Virus record (IMG/VR): IMGVR_UViG_3300027583_000001
DNA length: 41,808 nucleotides
Reading direction: 5' to 3' (one strand)
From: a virus
Shown here: in pieces, positions 23,965 through 31,029 of the stretch
How positions within the stretch are numbered: position 1 is the stretch's first letter
Layout of the letters: each line of letters begins with the position of its first letter
Position numbers and translations under genes: made by a program
Notes under the pieces: generated by a model
Told to the model about the DNA's origin: nothing
Seen by the model: the letters and a program-made list of their open reading frames with translations, nothing else
The model's database searches: none

Positions 23965-24241
23965 TTTCCCGGTTGACGATACCGATGGTTGCCAACGGGA
24001 TGCGGTGTGGAAGTCAGACTACGAGGCCCTCGCCGCCGAACTGGCCGACAGTCGGCTAATCGCTCGCGAGCAGGAGGATGCGCACATAGCGGCAAACCTG
24101 CGCAACACGCACCTGCAAGAGCGCATTAGCCAGCTAGAGGCGTTTTTAAATCGCTGCTACGAAGGTCATCGTGCGCCATACGCGGAAGAAATGGACAACG
24201 AGCACATACCGATGCCGACACCATCGGAAACGCCAACATGA
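23954..24241 (+). CDS. Hypothetical early protein, SDY-motif family member c (95 aa from MVNSFPV)
   Basis: Junction GGAGATGACCATGG. Contains RDAVWKSDYEALAAELADSR. Confidence 0.55.
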   Translation: MVNSFPVDDTDGCQRDAVWKSDYEALAAELADSRLIAREQEDAHIAANLRNTHLQERISQLEAFLNRCYEGHRAPYAEEMDNEHIPMPTPSETPT

Positions 24242-24396
24242 CCGCCAGCGTGAAACGTCTCAATGAACAGCTTAGCGAGGCGCATGCAGCGCTGCGCGAG
24301 ATTGCCAGGGCGATTGATGAAGGGACCGACTTGGCCTATGTCCGGCGCGTAGCAGCAATCGCTTTGGCTGCTGAGGAAACCGGGGCGAATCAATGA
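24238..24396 (+). CDS. Micro-ORF, 52-aa helical protein (MTASVKRLNEQLSEAHAALREIARAIDEGTDLAYVRRVAAIALAAEETGANQ)
   Basis: Not in the track. ATGA-coupled at both ends. Confidence 0.45.
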   Translation: MTASVKRLNEQLSEAHAALREIARAIDEGTDLAYVRRVAAIALAAEETGANQ

Positions 24397-24575
24397 TCAA
24401 AACGCTGGTAGAGATTTCCGAGGCTAGGCCCTTGTTTCCGATGGCGGCCATCGAGGTCGACGGTGTATTGAGCGAATGCGAAGGTACCGAACTGTGGTCA
24501 ACCAATGACGTGCGTAATTTGATGATCGCGATGTGGTTGCGAGGGTTTGAGTGGAGGGGTCGTGTACCAAGCTAA
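24393..24575 (+). CDS. Hypothetical early protein (60 aa)
   Basis: Coupled ORF. Confidence 0.55.
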   Translation: MIKTLVEISEARPLFPMAAIEVDGVLSECEGTELWSTNDVRNLMIAMWLRGFEWRGRVPS

Positions 24576-24602
24576 CTCGCAAGCCAATCCAGGAGCAGCC
24601 AA

Positions 24603-24809
24603 GTGAGCGACGCCCGCACGATTGAAACGGTCGAAAGCCTTGAGGTCGATTTCGTGACCCACATCTGGCAAGTACGCCCATTTGACAATTATCACGTAGG
24701 CGCCGGGACTTACCTCATGGTGCCGGTAGCCAATAGGCGCGAGGCCGAAGAGATGAAAACGCACGTGATGAGTTTCGAGCCCGAAACACGCGCGGAGTCT
24801 AGCAAATGA
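24603..24809 (+). CDS. Hypothetical early protein (68 aa, GTG start)
   Basis: AGGAG lies 7 nt upstream of the GTG at 24603. Confidence 0.6.
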   Translation: MSDARTIETVESLEVDFVTHIWQVRPFDNYHVGAGTYLMVPVANRREAEEMKTHVMSFEPETRAESSK

Positions 24810-24913
24810 ACTGGCTGCGCAAACTGTTCGAGTGCCCGCTGGGGTGCGGCGCTCAATGGATTGGAATATTCACCGTGCATAGTTGCGCGCGTGAAACAGG
24901 AGTGAAGGGATGA
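24806..24913 (+). CDS. Micro-ORF, 35-aa Cys-containing peptide (MNWLRKLFECPLGCGAQWIGIFTVHSCARETGVKG)
   Basis: Not in the track. ATGA-coupled at both ends. Confidence 0.35.
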   Translation: MNWLRKLFECPLGCGAQWIGIFTVHSCARETGVKG

Positions 24914-25098
24914 AGATTCTAATTGCCGCGTGTCTACTGCTTGCTGGGTGCGACCAGATACCGACTTACAAGTGCATCGATGGCAATCTGTATCAGCGAA
25001 TGGGCGGCCCAGATAAACCATGGTCGGGCGTAGACGCTGCGCCGAGCCATAAAGGCTTCACGCCGACCCCGTGCAAACCTGCCGACACAGAAAGGTGA
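24910..25098 (+). CDS. Small lipoprotein (62 aa)
   Basis: MKILIAACLLLAGC-DQ: signal peptide with the lipobox LLAGC. Confidence 0.65.
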   Translation: MKILIAACLLLAGCDQIPTYKCIDGNLYQRMGGPDKPWSGVDAAPSHKGFTPTPCKPADTER

Positions 25099-25102
25099 AG
25101 TG

Positions 25103-25240
25103 ATGCGCGATTTATTGGCGGTTTGGTTCTTTGGTGTGTGCATTACGGCGTTGGCCGTCTTGGGCTTGTACTCTGCATTCATGTACTGCGGCCCCTACAC
25201 CAAAGATTCCGCGAACGACACAGGGGTGAAACAACCGTGA
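25103..25240 (+). CDS. Micro-ORF, 45-aa TM peptide (MRDLLAVWFFGVCITALAVLGLYSAFMYCGPYTKDSANDTGVKQP)
   Basis: Not in the track. Its stop shares one base with the next ATG. Confidence 0.4.
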   Translation: MRDLLAVWFFGVCITALAVLGLYSAFMYCGPYTKDSANDTGVKQP

Positions 25241-25551
25241 TGGAACTCACTCCCGATGTCGAGTGGATTCTCGGCCGTCCGAATTTTTGGTGCGCGCCGA
25301 TTGCCCATCGGTTGGTGAAACTGGGTCTCGCAACAATTAAGCCGCATGCCGAGGAGGAGCAAGCGTACGTGCTCCATTGGCTGCTCAGCCTGCACGAGAA
25401 GCACGGAGCGACTTTCCGCGCCGAGGCCGACAAAATCCTCAACACCAAACATCCCTTTACCGGGGATGGCGGCGAGCCATGCAAGAAATGCGGCCGGCTC
25501 CAGGCTGCGTTGATCCATGATTTCGCTGGCGATGGAGATTGTGTCAAATGA
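25240..25551 (+). CDS. Hypothetical early protein (103 aa from MELTPDVEW)
   Basis: Same frame as track ORF 25123..25551. The upstream part of that ORF overlaps the TM micro-ORF. Confidence 0.55.
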   Translation: MELTPDVEWILGRPNFWCAPIAHRLVKLGLATIKPHAEEEQAYVLHWLLSLHEKHGATFRAEADKILNTKHPFTGDGGEPCKKCGRLQAALIHDFAGDGDCVK

Positions 25552-25919
25552 AGATCGTCAAGCGTATCGACTTTGTGAAGCTGCCGCCGAACACGGTGTT
25601 CTCGGAATACACGCCCTGCTACTTCGGGCCGTTGCTGATCAAAGGCGAGACGATGCCGAACGGTAATGACTGGTACGAGCAGCAGATTGCCGATGCCGTG
25701 GCAGCACACAGCAGTGAAGAGTGGTCCAACATCCTGTTTCGCGCTACCGAGACCGGAGAATCGTTTGGGATGGACTTCGATTGCGAGGGGCGCGACGGCT
25801 CGTTTGATCCTGACGACAAGCTCTATGCGGTATGGGAGCCGCAGGACGTGCAGCACTTGATCAATAGGCTCAAGCGGTGCGTGGGAGCTACTAACAGCGG
25901 AGGAACTGAGCGTGACTGA
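25548..25919 (+). CDS. Hypothetical early protein (123 aa from MKIVKRIDF)
   Basis: ATGA coupling at 25548. Confidence 0.6.
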   Translation: MKIVKRIDFVKLPPNTVFSEYTPCYFGPLLIKGETMPNGNDWYEQQIADAVAAHSSEEWSNILFRATETGESFGMDFDCEGRDGSFDPDDKLYAVWEPQDVQHLINRLKRCVGATNSGGTERD

Positions 25920-26136
25920 TTTTGCTGCGAAGAGAATCAGCGATGCGGACGAATGGCGCATCATTCGAGTGGCATACGCAGAGACGTATCCGGTGCGATT
26001 GCTGCTCAACCACTACGATGAACTTGCAGCCCTGCTGCGTCGAGCCGCCAAGGCATTCCCGTACGACGACGGATGGCTGCATGAGGCGCAGTCCCTTTTC
26101 GATGGCTCACAGGCTGATGCCGGAGTAAAACCATGA
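25912..26136 (+). CDS. Hypothetical early protein (74 aa, GTG start)
   Basis: GGAGG lies about 8 nt upstream of the GTG at 25912. Confidence 0.55.
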   Translation: MTDFAAKRISDADEWRIIRVAYAETYPVRLLLNHYDELAALLRRAAKAFPYDDGWLHEAQSLFDGSQADAGVKP

Positions 26137-27515
26137 TTTCCAATTCCGCCCTCCCCTTTGCCATGCCCTCAAGCGATGTTTTCTTTGCATCTCCGAAGAA
26201 GGTGTTTGCGCACTACTTTCGCTCCTTCGGCCTGTCCATCGATAATCAGCCCGCGACAACTGATTACTACAATATGCAGTTCCTCTCCATCGGCGGAGAG
26301 AATGGCAAACACGCCGCCTATGGAGGCTATTTACGCCAACGTTCCCTTCCCGTGACACCGAGCATCCTTGCGACTTGGAAGCAGTTCAACATGGAGACGG
26401 AGGTACAGATGGCGATTGCCCGAGGCATCACGGGCTTTTGCTTCGATATCCTGTCTTTGACCGATGGGTTTTTGCAAACCATGCTATCGGCGGTCGAAGC
26501 GGCGGACCCCCGCTTTACCATCATCCCCATGCTCGATATGAGATCCTTGGGTGCCATCACGGTCGCCCAAGCGGCGACGTACTTAGAATCGATCGCAAGT
26601 TCCCCCGCCTTGAAGCGCCTTCCCGATGGGCGATTAGTGCTTGCTGCCTACAATGCGCCGCTACAACCACCCTCCTGGTGGCTCTCGCTCATCGAAACCT
26701 TGAACGCGCAGGGGATCAACGTGGCGTTTGTCCCTGTATTACCTGGAGCGCCCGCGGATGCCGGCGCACTGAATGCCATCAGTTACGGGACGGGCGGATG
26801 GGGTACCGCAACGCCTGCCCCGTCAGCAGCTCTGACCGCGGCTGGCGCTCATTTAGCGGGCCTTAAATACATGTCACCCGTGATCCCGCAACAGTTTCGG
26901 CCTAAGAATCAAATATTCTGGGAGGCATCCAACAGCGTGACCTTCCGTAATGCGTGGATGGCCGCCATCAATACCGGCGCTGACTGGGTTCAATGTGTCA
27001 CGTGGAACGATTTCAGCGAATCAGGGCAGGTTTGCCCTTACACGGATGCGACCTTAAACGGCGCAATTGGGACAGCGTTCTATGACCTCACTGCCTATTA
27101 CGCCGCCTGGTTCATCACGGGGATACAACCCGCCATTACCCAGGACGTGCTGTATTGGATTCATCGGCTGGAAACCGCCTCCAGTGCCCATCTGCAACCA
27201 GACGGCTTTACAGCGGTTGGGGGGCCAGAAGAGGACAGCATCGAGCTATTAGCCTTCCTGACGGCTCCTGGTGCGCTCCAGATCACGATTAACGGGGTTA
27301 CGCATACTCAGGCAGCGCCGACAGGCATCACCTCGTTCAAAGTCCCCTTAAGCGCTGGAATCCCGGTCTTCACCTTGCAGCGCAATGGCTCGAACGTCTT
27401 TTCAGGTCGCAGCGTTCAGATCCACGGACCCGAGGGACTGCCGAGTGGGGTGTTGGATATGACCTACTGGGGCGGGAGTATCACGAAAGCTGGCGCGACT
27501 GCTTATGGGCTCTAA
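26133..27515 (+). CDS. Glycoside hydrolase family 71-like (alpha-1,3-glucanase / mutanase-like), no signal peptide
   Basis: 460 aa. The blocks KKVFAHYF, ARGITGFCFDI, YMSPVIPQQF, VQCVTWNDFSESGQV, VLYWIHR and FKVPLSAGIPVFTLQRNGSNVFSGRS parallel fungal GH71 blocks I recall (VFCHF, GIDAFALN, YLAPVSPWFF, IVTWNDYGESHYV, LVYWYRR, FALTRNGQTVFSGTS). Confidence 0.7.
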   Translation: MISNSALPFAMPSSDVFFASPKKVFAHYFRSFGLSIDNQPATTDYYNMQFLSIGGENGKHAAYGGYLRQRSLPVTPSILATWKQFNMETEVQMAIARGITGFCFDILSLTDGFLQTMLSAVEAADPRFTIIPMLDMRSLGAITVAQAATYLESIASSPALKRLPDGRLVLAAYNAPLQPPSWWLSLIETLNAQGINVAFVPVLPGAPADAGALNAISYGTGGWGTATPAPSAALTAAGAHLAGLKYMSPVIPQQFRPKNQIFWEASNSVTFRNAWMAAINTGADWVQCVTWNDFSESGQVCPYTDATLNGAIGTAFYDLTAYYAAWFITGIQPAITQDVLYWIHRLETASSAHLQPDGFTAVGGPEEDSIELLAFLTAPGALQITINGVTHTQAAPTGITSFKVPLSAGIPVFTLQRNGSNVFSGRSVQIHGPEGLPSGVLDMTYWGGSITKAGATAYGL

Positions 27516-27704
27516 TAGCCCAAACCAGGATTTCCCCGCGCGCCGCGTGCGATGGATGCCGCACTTGTTCAGGAGCTTATGCACCTGTGTGCGATTCTTG
27601 CCGGACAGCTTCGCCGCTTCTTTGACATTGCCGCCGGTTTGTCTCAGTAGCTCCTCCCAGTAAAACATCTTGAAGCGCTTGAGCGCTTCATCATACGGAC
27701 TCAT
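27402..27704 (-). CDS. Fis/NtrC-type HTH (HTH_8) small DNA-binding protein with a ~50-aa low-quality C-terminal tail
   Basis: FYWEELLRQTGGNVKEAAKLSGKNRTQVHKLLNKCGI is a classic Fis-type HTH. The ORF then runs on into the 3' end of the convergent GH71 gene. Confidence 0.65.
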   Translation of the reverse strand: MSPYDEALKRFKMFYWEELLRQTGGNVKEAAKLSGKNRTQVHKLLNKCGIHRTRRAGKSWFGLLEPISSRASFRDTPAPVGHIQHPTRQSLGSVDLNAAT

Positions 27705-28153
27705 GTCACCTTGAACCCCGCTGGCGCGTTAGGAACTCCCTTCGATGGAATTGTGACGCAGGCTAAAGGACCGAGAACACTCTGCACCCCGACCTCAGAC
27801 ACCACAATTCCAAAGCACTGCACACTCCCCCACACGATTGGCTCATACCATGTCACGTTGAGCGATTGCACTGCATCGATCGCGTTCATGCTGCCGGGTA
27901 TCCCCCGGTAGATGACATAGGTCAAGGTTCCCGTGATGGGCGTCCCATCAGTGCGGGCGGTTGGCGGAATCCATGAAAAACTGATCTCCATCGTCGGCAT
28001 GGAGAGATTCTGAATCCCTACTTGGTTTGGCGAGGCAACCAGTACGGCTGTCACGAGTTTCGATACATCGGGAGGTGCGGAGGCAGCCGAAACCACCCCC
28101 GCAAGAAAAACCAGCCATAAGTGTTTCATCATGGACACCCGCATAGTTTGCAC
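27701..28153 (-). CDS. Secreted Fn3-like protein (signal peptide probably starts at MMKHLWL / MKHLWL)
   Basis: KHLWLVFLAGVVSAASA-PP signal, then FSWIPPTARTDGTPITGTLTYVIYRG (Fn3-like). Ends in VPNAPAGFKVT. Confidence 0.6.
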   Translation of the reverse strand: MQTMRVSMMKHLWLVFLAGVVSAASAPPDVSKLVTAVLVASPNQVGIQNLSMPTMEISFSWIPPTARTDGTPITGTLTYVIYRGIPGSMNAIDAVQSLNVTWYEPIVWGSVQCFGIVVSEVGVQSVLGPLACVTIPSKGVPNAPAGFKVT

Positions 28154-28193
28154 ATACTACACTTTCGTGGTAGCCAACGCCTGAATTTGCAGA

Positions 28194-28532
28194 TCAGGCG
28201 ACAGAAAAATTTGACGGCGGGTTCGGTACCGGCGCAGCGATCGTGAACGTGATTTCGGGCGAAAAGGGCGACACCTCCGGTCCTACGGTTTGAATCGCCG
28301 CGGCATAACTGCCAGGAGCGAGAACCGTTCCCAACGCCGTGAGAAGCTCGGAGCCAGCCGCCGCGCCTGAAACATTGGCAACGATGGGGTAAGTCCCTAT
28401 AACCGAGCCTGCGGCGGCAGTGTTGCGAATGCCTATGCTATAGCCCGTGATTTCCCCCGCCGTAATCGGCGAGCCATCCGTATTGGTCGTGGGGTCTGTC
28501 CAGGTAAATTGAGTCAGGGTTGTCATCATCAT
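28194..28532 (-). CDS. Fn3-like protein, paralog of 27701..28153, no signal peptide
   Basis: FTWTDPTTNTDGSPITAGEITGYSIGIR. Ends in VPNPPSNFSVA. Confidence 0.6.
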   Translation of the reverse strand: MMMTTLTQFTWTDPTTNTDGSPITAGEITGYSIGIRNTAAAGSVIGTYPIVANVSGAAAGSELLTALGTVLAPGSYAAAIQTVGPEVSPFSPEITFTIAAPVPNPPSNFSVA

Positions 28533-28550
28533 CTCCTTAAGGTTGTTTGG

Positions 28551-29069
28551 TCATTTAGCCGCAGCTATTTTGTTGATGGTATCGGTCTTGGCCGCACTGC
28601 CAGCACTCGATCCGAAGTAGTATTGGATGATCCCTGTCCACGCTGTACCGAGCGCGCCCATGAGGACGAGCATCACATCGCCGCCCGTATCCGGTTTTCC
28701 ATACACGACGAGATAGCCCAACACACCGAAAAAACCCAACGTAATGGCATAGGCCAGAATATGCGGGGTCGCGTCCTTAACCGTCATCTCTCGCGCTCGA
28801 GCATTGGCGGTATCGTCAAAGGCCAGTTTTTCCTCTTGGATTCCCAGTTCCTTCATGCGGATTGCGAAGTCCTGATCAGCCTTTTTCAGGGCTAGGAGTT
28901 GGTCAGGGGTCGCGTTGACCAATGCCTGTTCAGCAGACGCCTGATCGGTACTGCCGAGTGCCGCATGGATTGCTGCGGCGGCTAATGGCCCGAAAGGCCC
29001 CCCGACAGCAAGTGCCAGTGTCGGTGCAACGGTTTTCAATACTTGAAGTGCGGTTTGCCCAAAGTTCAT
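28551..29069 (-). CDS. Membrane protein of the lysis cassette, resembles the 3-TM GTA-type holin family
   Basis: 172 aa. Gly/Ala-rich N-terminus, LLALKKADQDFAIRMKELGIQEEK...DTANARARE, then hydrophobic segments ILAYAITLGFFGVLGYLVVYG and VMLVLMGALGTAWTGIIQYYFG. Confidence 0.5.
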   Translation of the reverse strand: MNFGQTALQVLKTVAPTLALAVGGPFGPLAAAAIHAALGSTDQASAEQALVNATPDQLLALKKADQDFAIRMKELGIQEEKLAFDDTANARAREMTVKDATPHILAYAITLGFFGVLGYLVVYGKPDTGGDVMLVLMGALGTAWTGIIQYYFGSSAGSAAKTDTINKIAAAK

Positions 29070-29070
29070 G

Positions 29071-29445
29071 TTATGCCTTCCCTACATCCTTCAAAAATAT
29101 CAGCGCAATCCCTAGAAAAAACTGAAACGCCAGCACGATACCTAAACCCACCCATACCATCTTCTGCAAGCCGCCGATCTTCCCTTCCAACGACCTGACG
29201 ATTTGCTCAACCTCCAACCGTGGCATGAGAAGCCTGGCGCTATCGGCAAGCGACCCCCTGAACTCATTGACCGACTCAAACCTTTTCTCTGACGCCGATT
29301 CCGCTTTAGCTACCGCTCGATCCGCAGCAGCTAGGGCGGACGATACTGCCTCTTTCTGCGCAGTGAGCGCCGTTAATACCGCTTTCTCTTGATCGTGAAA
29401 GCGCGTATCGACGTATTCCCGTAAGCTGATTCTCTCATCCGTCAT
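29071..29445 (-). CDS. Tail-anchored coiled-coil membrane protein (124 aa)
   Basis: Long helical region (..NEFRGSLADSARL..), then a C-terminal TM segment MVWVGLGIVLAFQFFLGIALIFL. Confidence 0.55.
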   Translation of the reverse strand: MTDERISLREYVDTRFHDQEKAVLTALTAQKEAVSSALAAADRAVAKAESASEKRFESVNEFRGSLADSARLLMPRLEVEQIVRSLEGKIGGLQKMVWVGLGIVLAFQFFLGIALIFLKDVGKA

Positions 29446-29633
29446 CTAAAGTTCAACGAGTGACCCCCTGGACCGCCCACGTAGTTCAAGCACCACAAGA
29501 GCAACACCACGCCGATAATGACGTAGGCCACGACTTTGACGATCTGCGGGATGCCGGGGATCTGATTGATTCCCCACAATATCAACCCGACGATGCAAAG
29601 AACGATGAATACATAAAGCAATGTGCTGATCAT
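29442..29633 (-). CDS. Two-TM small membrane protein (63 aa, holin-like)
   Basis: The ATG at 29633 overlaps the endolysin stop (ATGA). MISTLLYVFIVLCIVGLILWGINQIPGIPQIVKVVAYVIIGVVLLLWCLNYV. Confidence 0.55.
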   Translation of the reverse strand: MISTLLYVFIVLCIVGLILWGINQIPGIPQIVKVVAYVIIGVVLLLWCLNYVGGPGGHSLNFR

Positions 29634-29974
29634 GCGGTGACTCCATCTGGTGAAATTGAGAAATGATTCCCATCCGGCAGATGGTGAAAATCCCCACCCC
29701 ACCGGTAATTGGCCCCAAGCGACTTCCACCAGGCGCCAACGTCAGCGAGTTTCGATCCATCAGTAATCCACACGCCGTCCTTGAAGAAATCTAAGTCTAT
29801 TGCCAATCGATCGGTATGCAGGCTGTGCGCAATGCCGGTGCCATGCTGCGCATCCCATTGCGCTTGTTGTGGCGTGCGCCACGCCTCGCCGAACGTCACG
29901 GCATAGCCCAGTTCCGCTGCTTTCTGGATCAGCTTCGCGGCGGACTGGGCAAATTCCTGCTGAAGTGCGCTCAT
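29630..29974 (-). CDS. Endolysin, peptidase M15 (VanY / L-Ala-D-Glu peptidase-like)
   Basis: 114 aa. HSLHTDRLAIDLDF and RWGGDF...DGNHFS are the zinc-ligand motifs of M15 peptidases. Confidence 0.85.
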   Translation of the reverse strand: MSALQQEFAQSAAKLIQKAAELGYAVTFGEAWRTPQQAQWDAQHGTGIAHSLHTDRLAIDLDFFKDGVWITDGSKLADVGAWWKSLGANYRWGGDFHHLPDGNHFSISPDGVTA

Positions 29975-30168
29975 TTCAAGTTACAGAGTGCCCACGTAAA
30001 CGCCGCCGCCAAATCCTGCTTATCCCGCGCTACCCACGTTGACGGATCGCGCGCTAAGATCGCAGTAACGATCTCCTGAGTCCTCGGTGGCAATCCACCG
30101 TGTACCAAAGGATCAGTGAGTGCCGTTTTTGCATGCTGCACTATGATGCCTCCACTTGAACCCCCCAT
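29971..30168 (-). CDS. Hypothetical protein (65 aa)
   Basis: Coupled to the endolysin gene (ATGA). Confidence 0.5.
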   Translation of the reverse strand: MGGSSGGIIVQHAKTALTDPLVHGGLPPRTQEIVTAILARDPSTWVARDKQDLAAAFTWALCNLK

Positions 30169-30176
30169 AAAGCCTC

Positions 30177-30512
30177 CTAATGCGGTTTCATCCGCTGTAA
30201 ATTACCCGTAGGACCATGCTCATTGTCTGCCGGCAGTTTGGTGCCGTTCACGATGGCGTAGGCTTCTGCGTCCATCAATCGCCGCTCGACTAACCACGCC
30301 TGCGTCTTCATCGTCTTGTAGTCTGCGTCCATCTCGGCTTGCTTGGCGAGGTTTAATCCCATCACCGTACCGCACGCGGCGATAACGACCATGAGTACCA
30401 CGGCCACCATCAGAGTAGGCGCAGATGCCTCGATGACGACCTTGCTACTATTGTGAATACTGCCGTTGTCGAGTGCCACTGATTCGTCCCATATTGCTTG
30501 TTCAGGGTCCAT
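30177..30512 (-). CDS. Single-TM membrane protein (111 aa from MDPEQAIW; alternative start at 30578)
   Basis: TM segment TLMVAVVLMVVIAACGTVMGL, then a helical C-terminus. GAGAG precedes the ATG at 30512. Confidence 0.5.
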   Translation of the reverse strand: MDPEQAIWDESVALDNGSIHNSSKVVIEASAPTLMVAVVLMVVIAACGTVMGLNLAKQAEMDADYKTMKTQAWLVERRLMDAEAYAIVNGTKLPADNEHGPTGNLQRMKPH

Positions 30513-30855
30513 GCCGCTCTCGAGTCTCGCGCTTGAGTTCGTTGATGTCCTGATCCCATCGAGTCGCGTCACGGTCAAATTCCTCCTTGGAAACCCCTAA
30601 CGGTCGAGCGAGCAAAACGGCAATATCCTTCTGTACGGTGACCATGCTGTTAGCCATCCAACAGATGGCCGTCGTCATCAGTCCTGCCAAAATAACGCCG
30701 CACCAGGCTAGAAACGTAGAGAAGCGGTTATCTTGATAATACTCCAGAGACTGAGCATATTTGGGCTTTCGTTCTCGATCTTTCACTGCGTCACGCAAGT
30801 CGTCTAACTCCTTTCCTTGAGTAACGGATGGGCGAGTGAGGGGAGAGATGGTCAT
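30502..30855 (-). CDS. Single-TM membrane protein (117 aa)
   Basis: TM segment FSTFLAWCGVILAGLMTTAICWM. Charged N- and C-termini. Confidence 0.55.
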   Translation of the reverse strand: MTISPLTRPSVTQGKELDDLRDAVKDRERKPKYAQSLEYYQDNRFSTFLAWCGVILAGLMTTAICWMANSMVTVQKDIAVLLARPLGVSKEEFDRDATRWDQDINELKRETRERHGP

Positions 30856-31029
30856 CAGTTGGGTACATCCGCAGCGTTACGGGGTCGTCCTTCGTAGCAA
30901 CGGGGATCACTCTCAAAGGGTCTGGCGTGCATATCGAATCCCTGTTTAGGCCCAGGCTCCCTCTATTTGCCATTCATCATGAATTCGATAAGCATCAGCA
31001 TAGAAGAAATAATCCATCACATTCTCCTT

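Noticed and set aside
25179-26009. 276-aa minus-strand ORF
   Set aside because: It is antisense to four tightly coupled plus-strand early genes. It is Ser/Arg/Ala-rich and low-complexity, with no RBS. Long antisense ORFs like this are typical of GC-rich DNA.
30856-31029. Tiny ORFs (23 aa with AAAGGAGAA upstream at 30946..31017; 25 aa ending at the 30855 ATG) between the tailspike and the lysis cassette
   Set aside because: They are too short and featureless to call. This may simply be the late-operon spacer or internal promoter region. The track ORF 30791..30973 overlaps the next gene and looks spurious.
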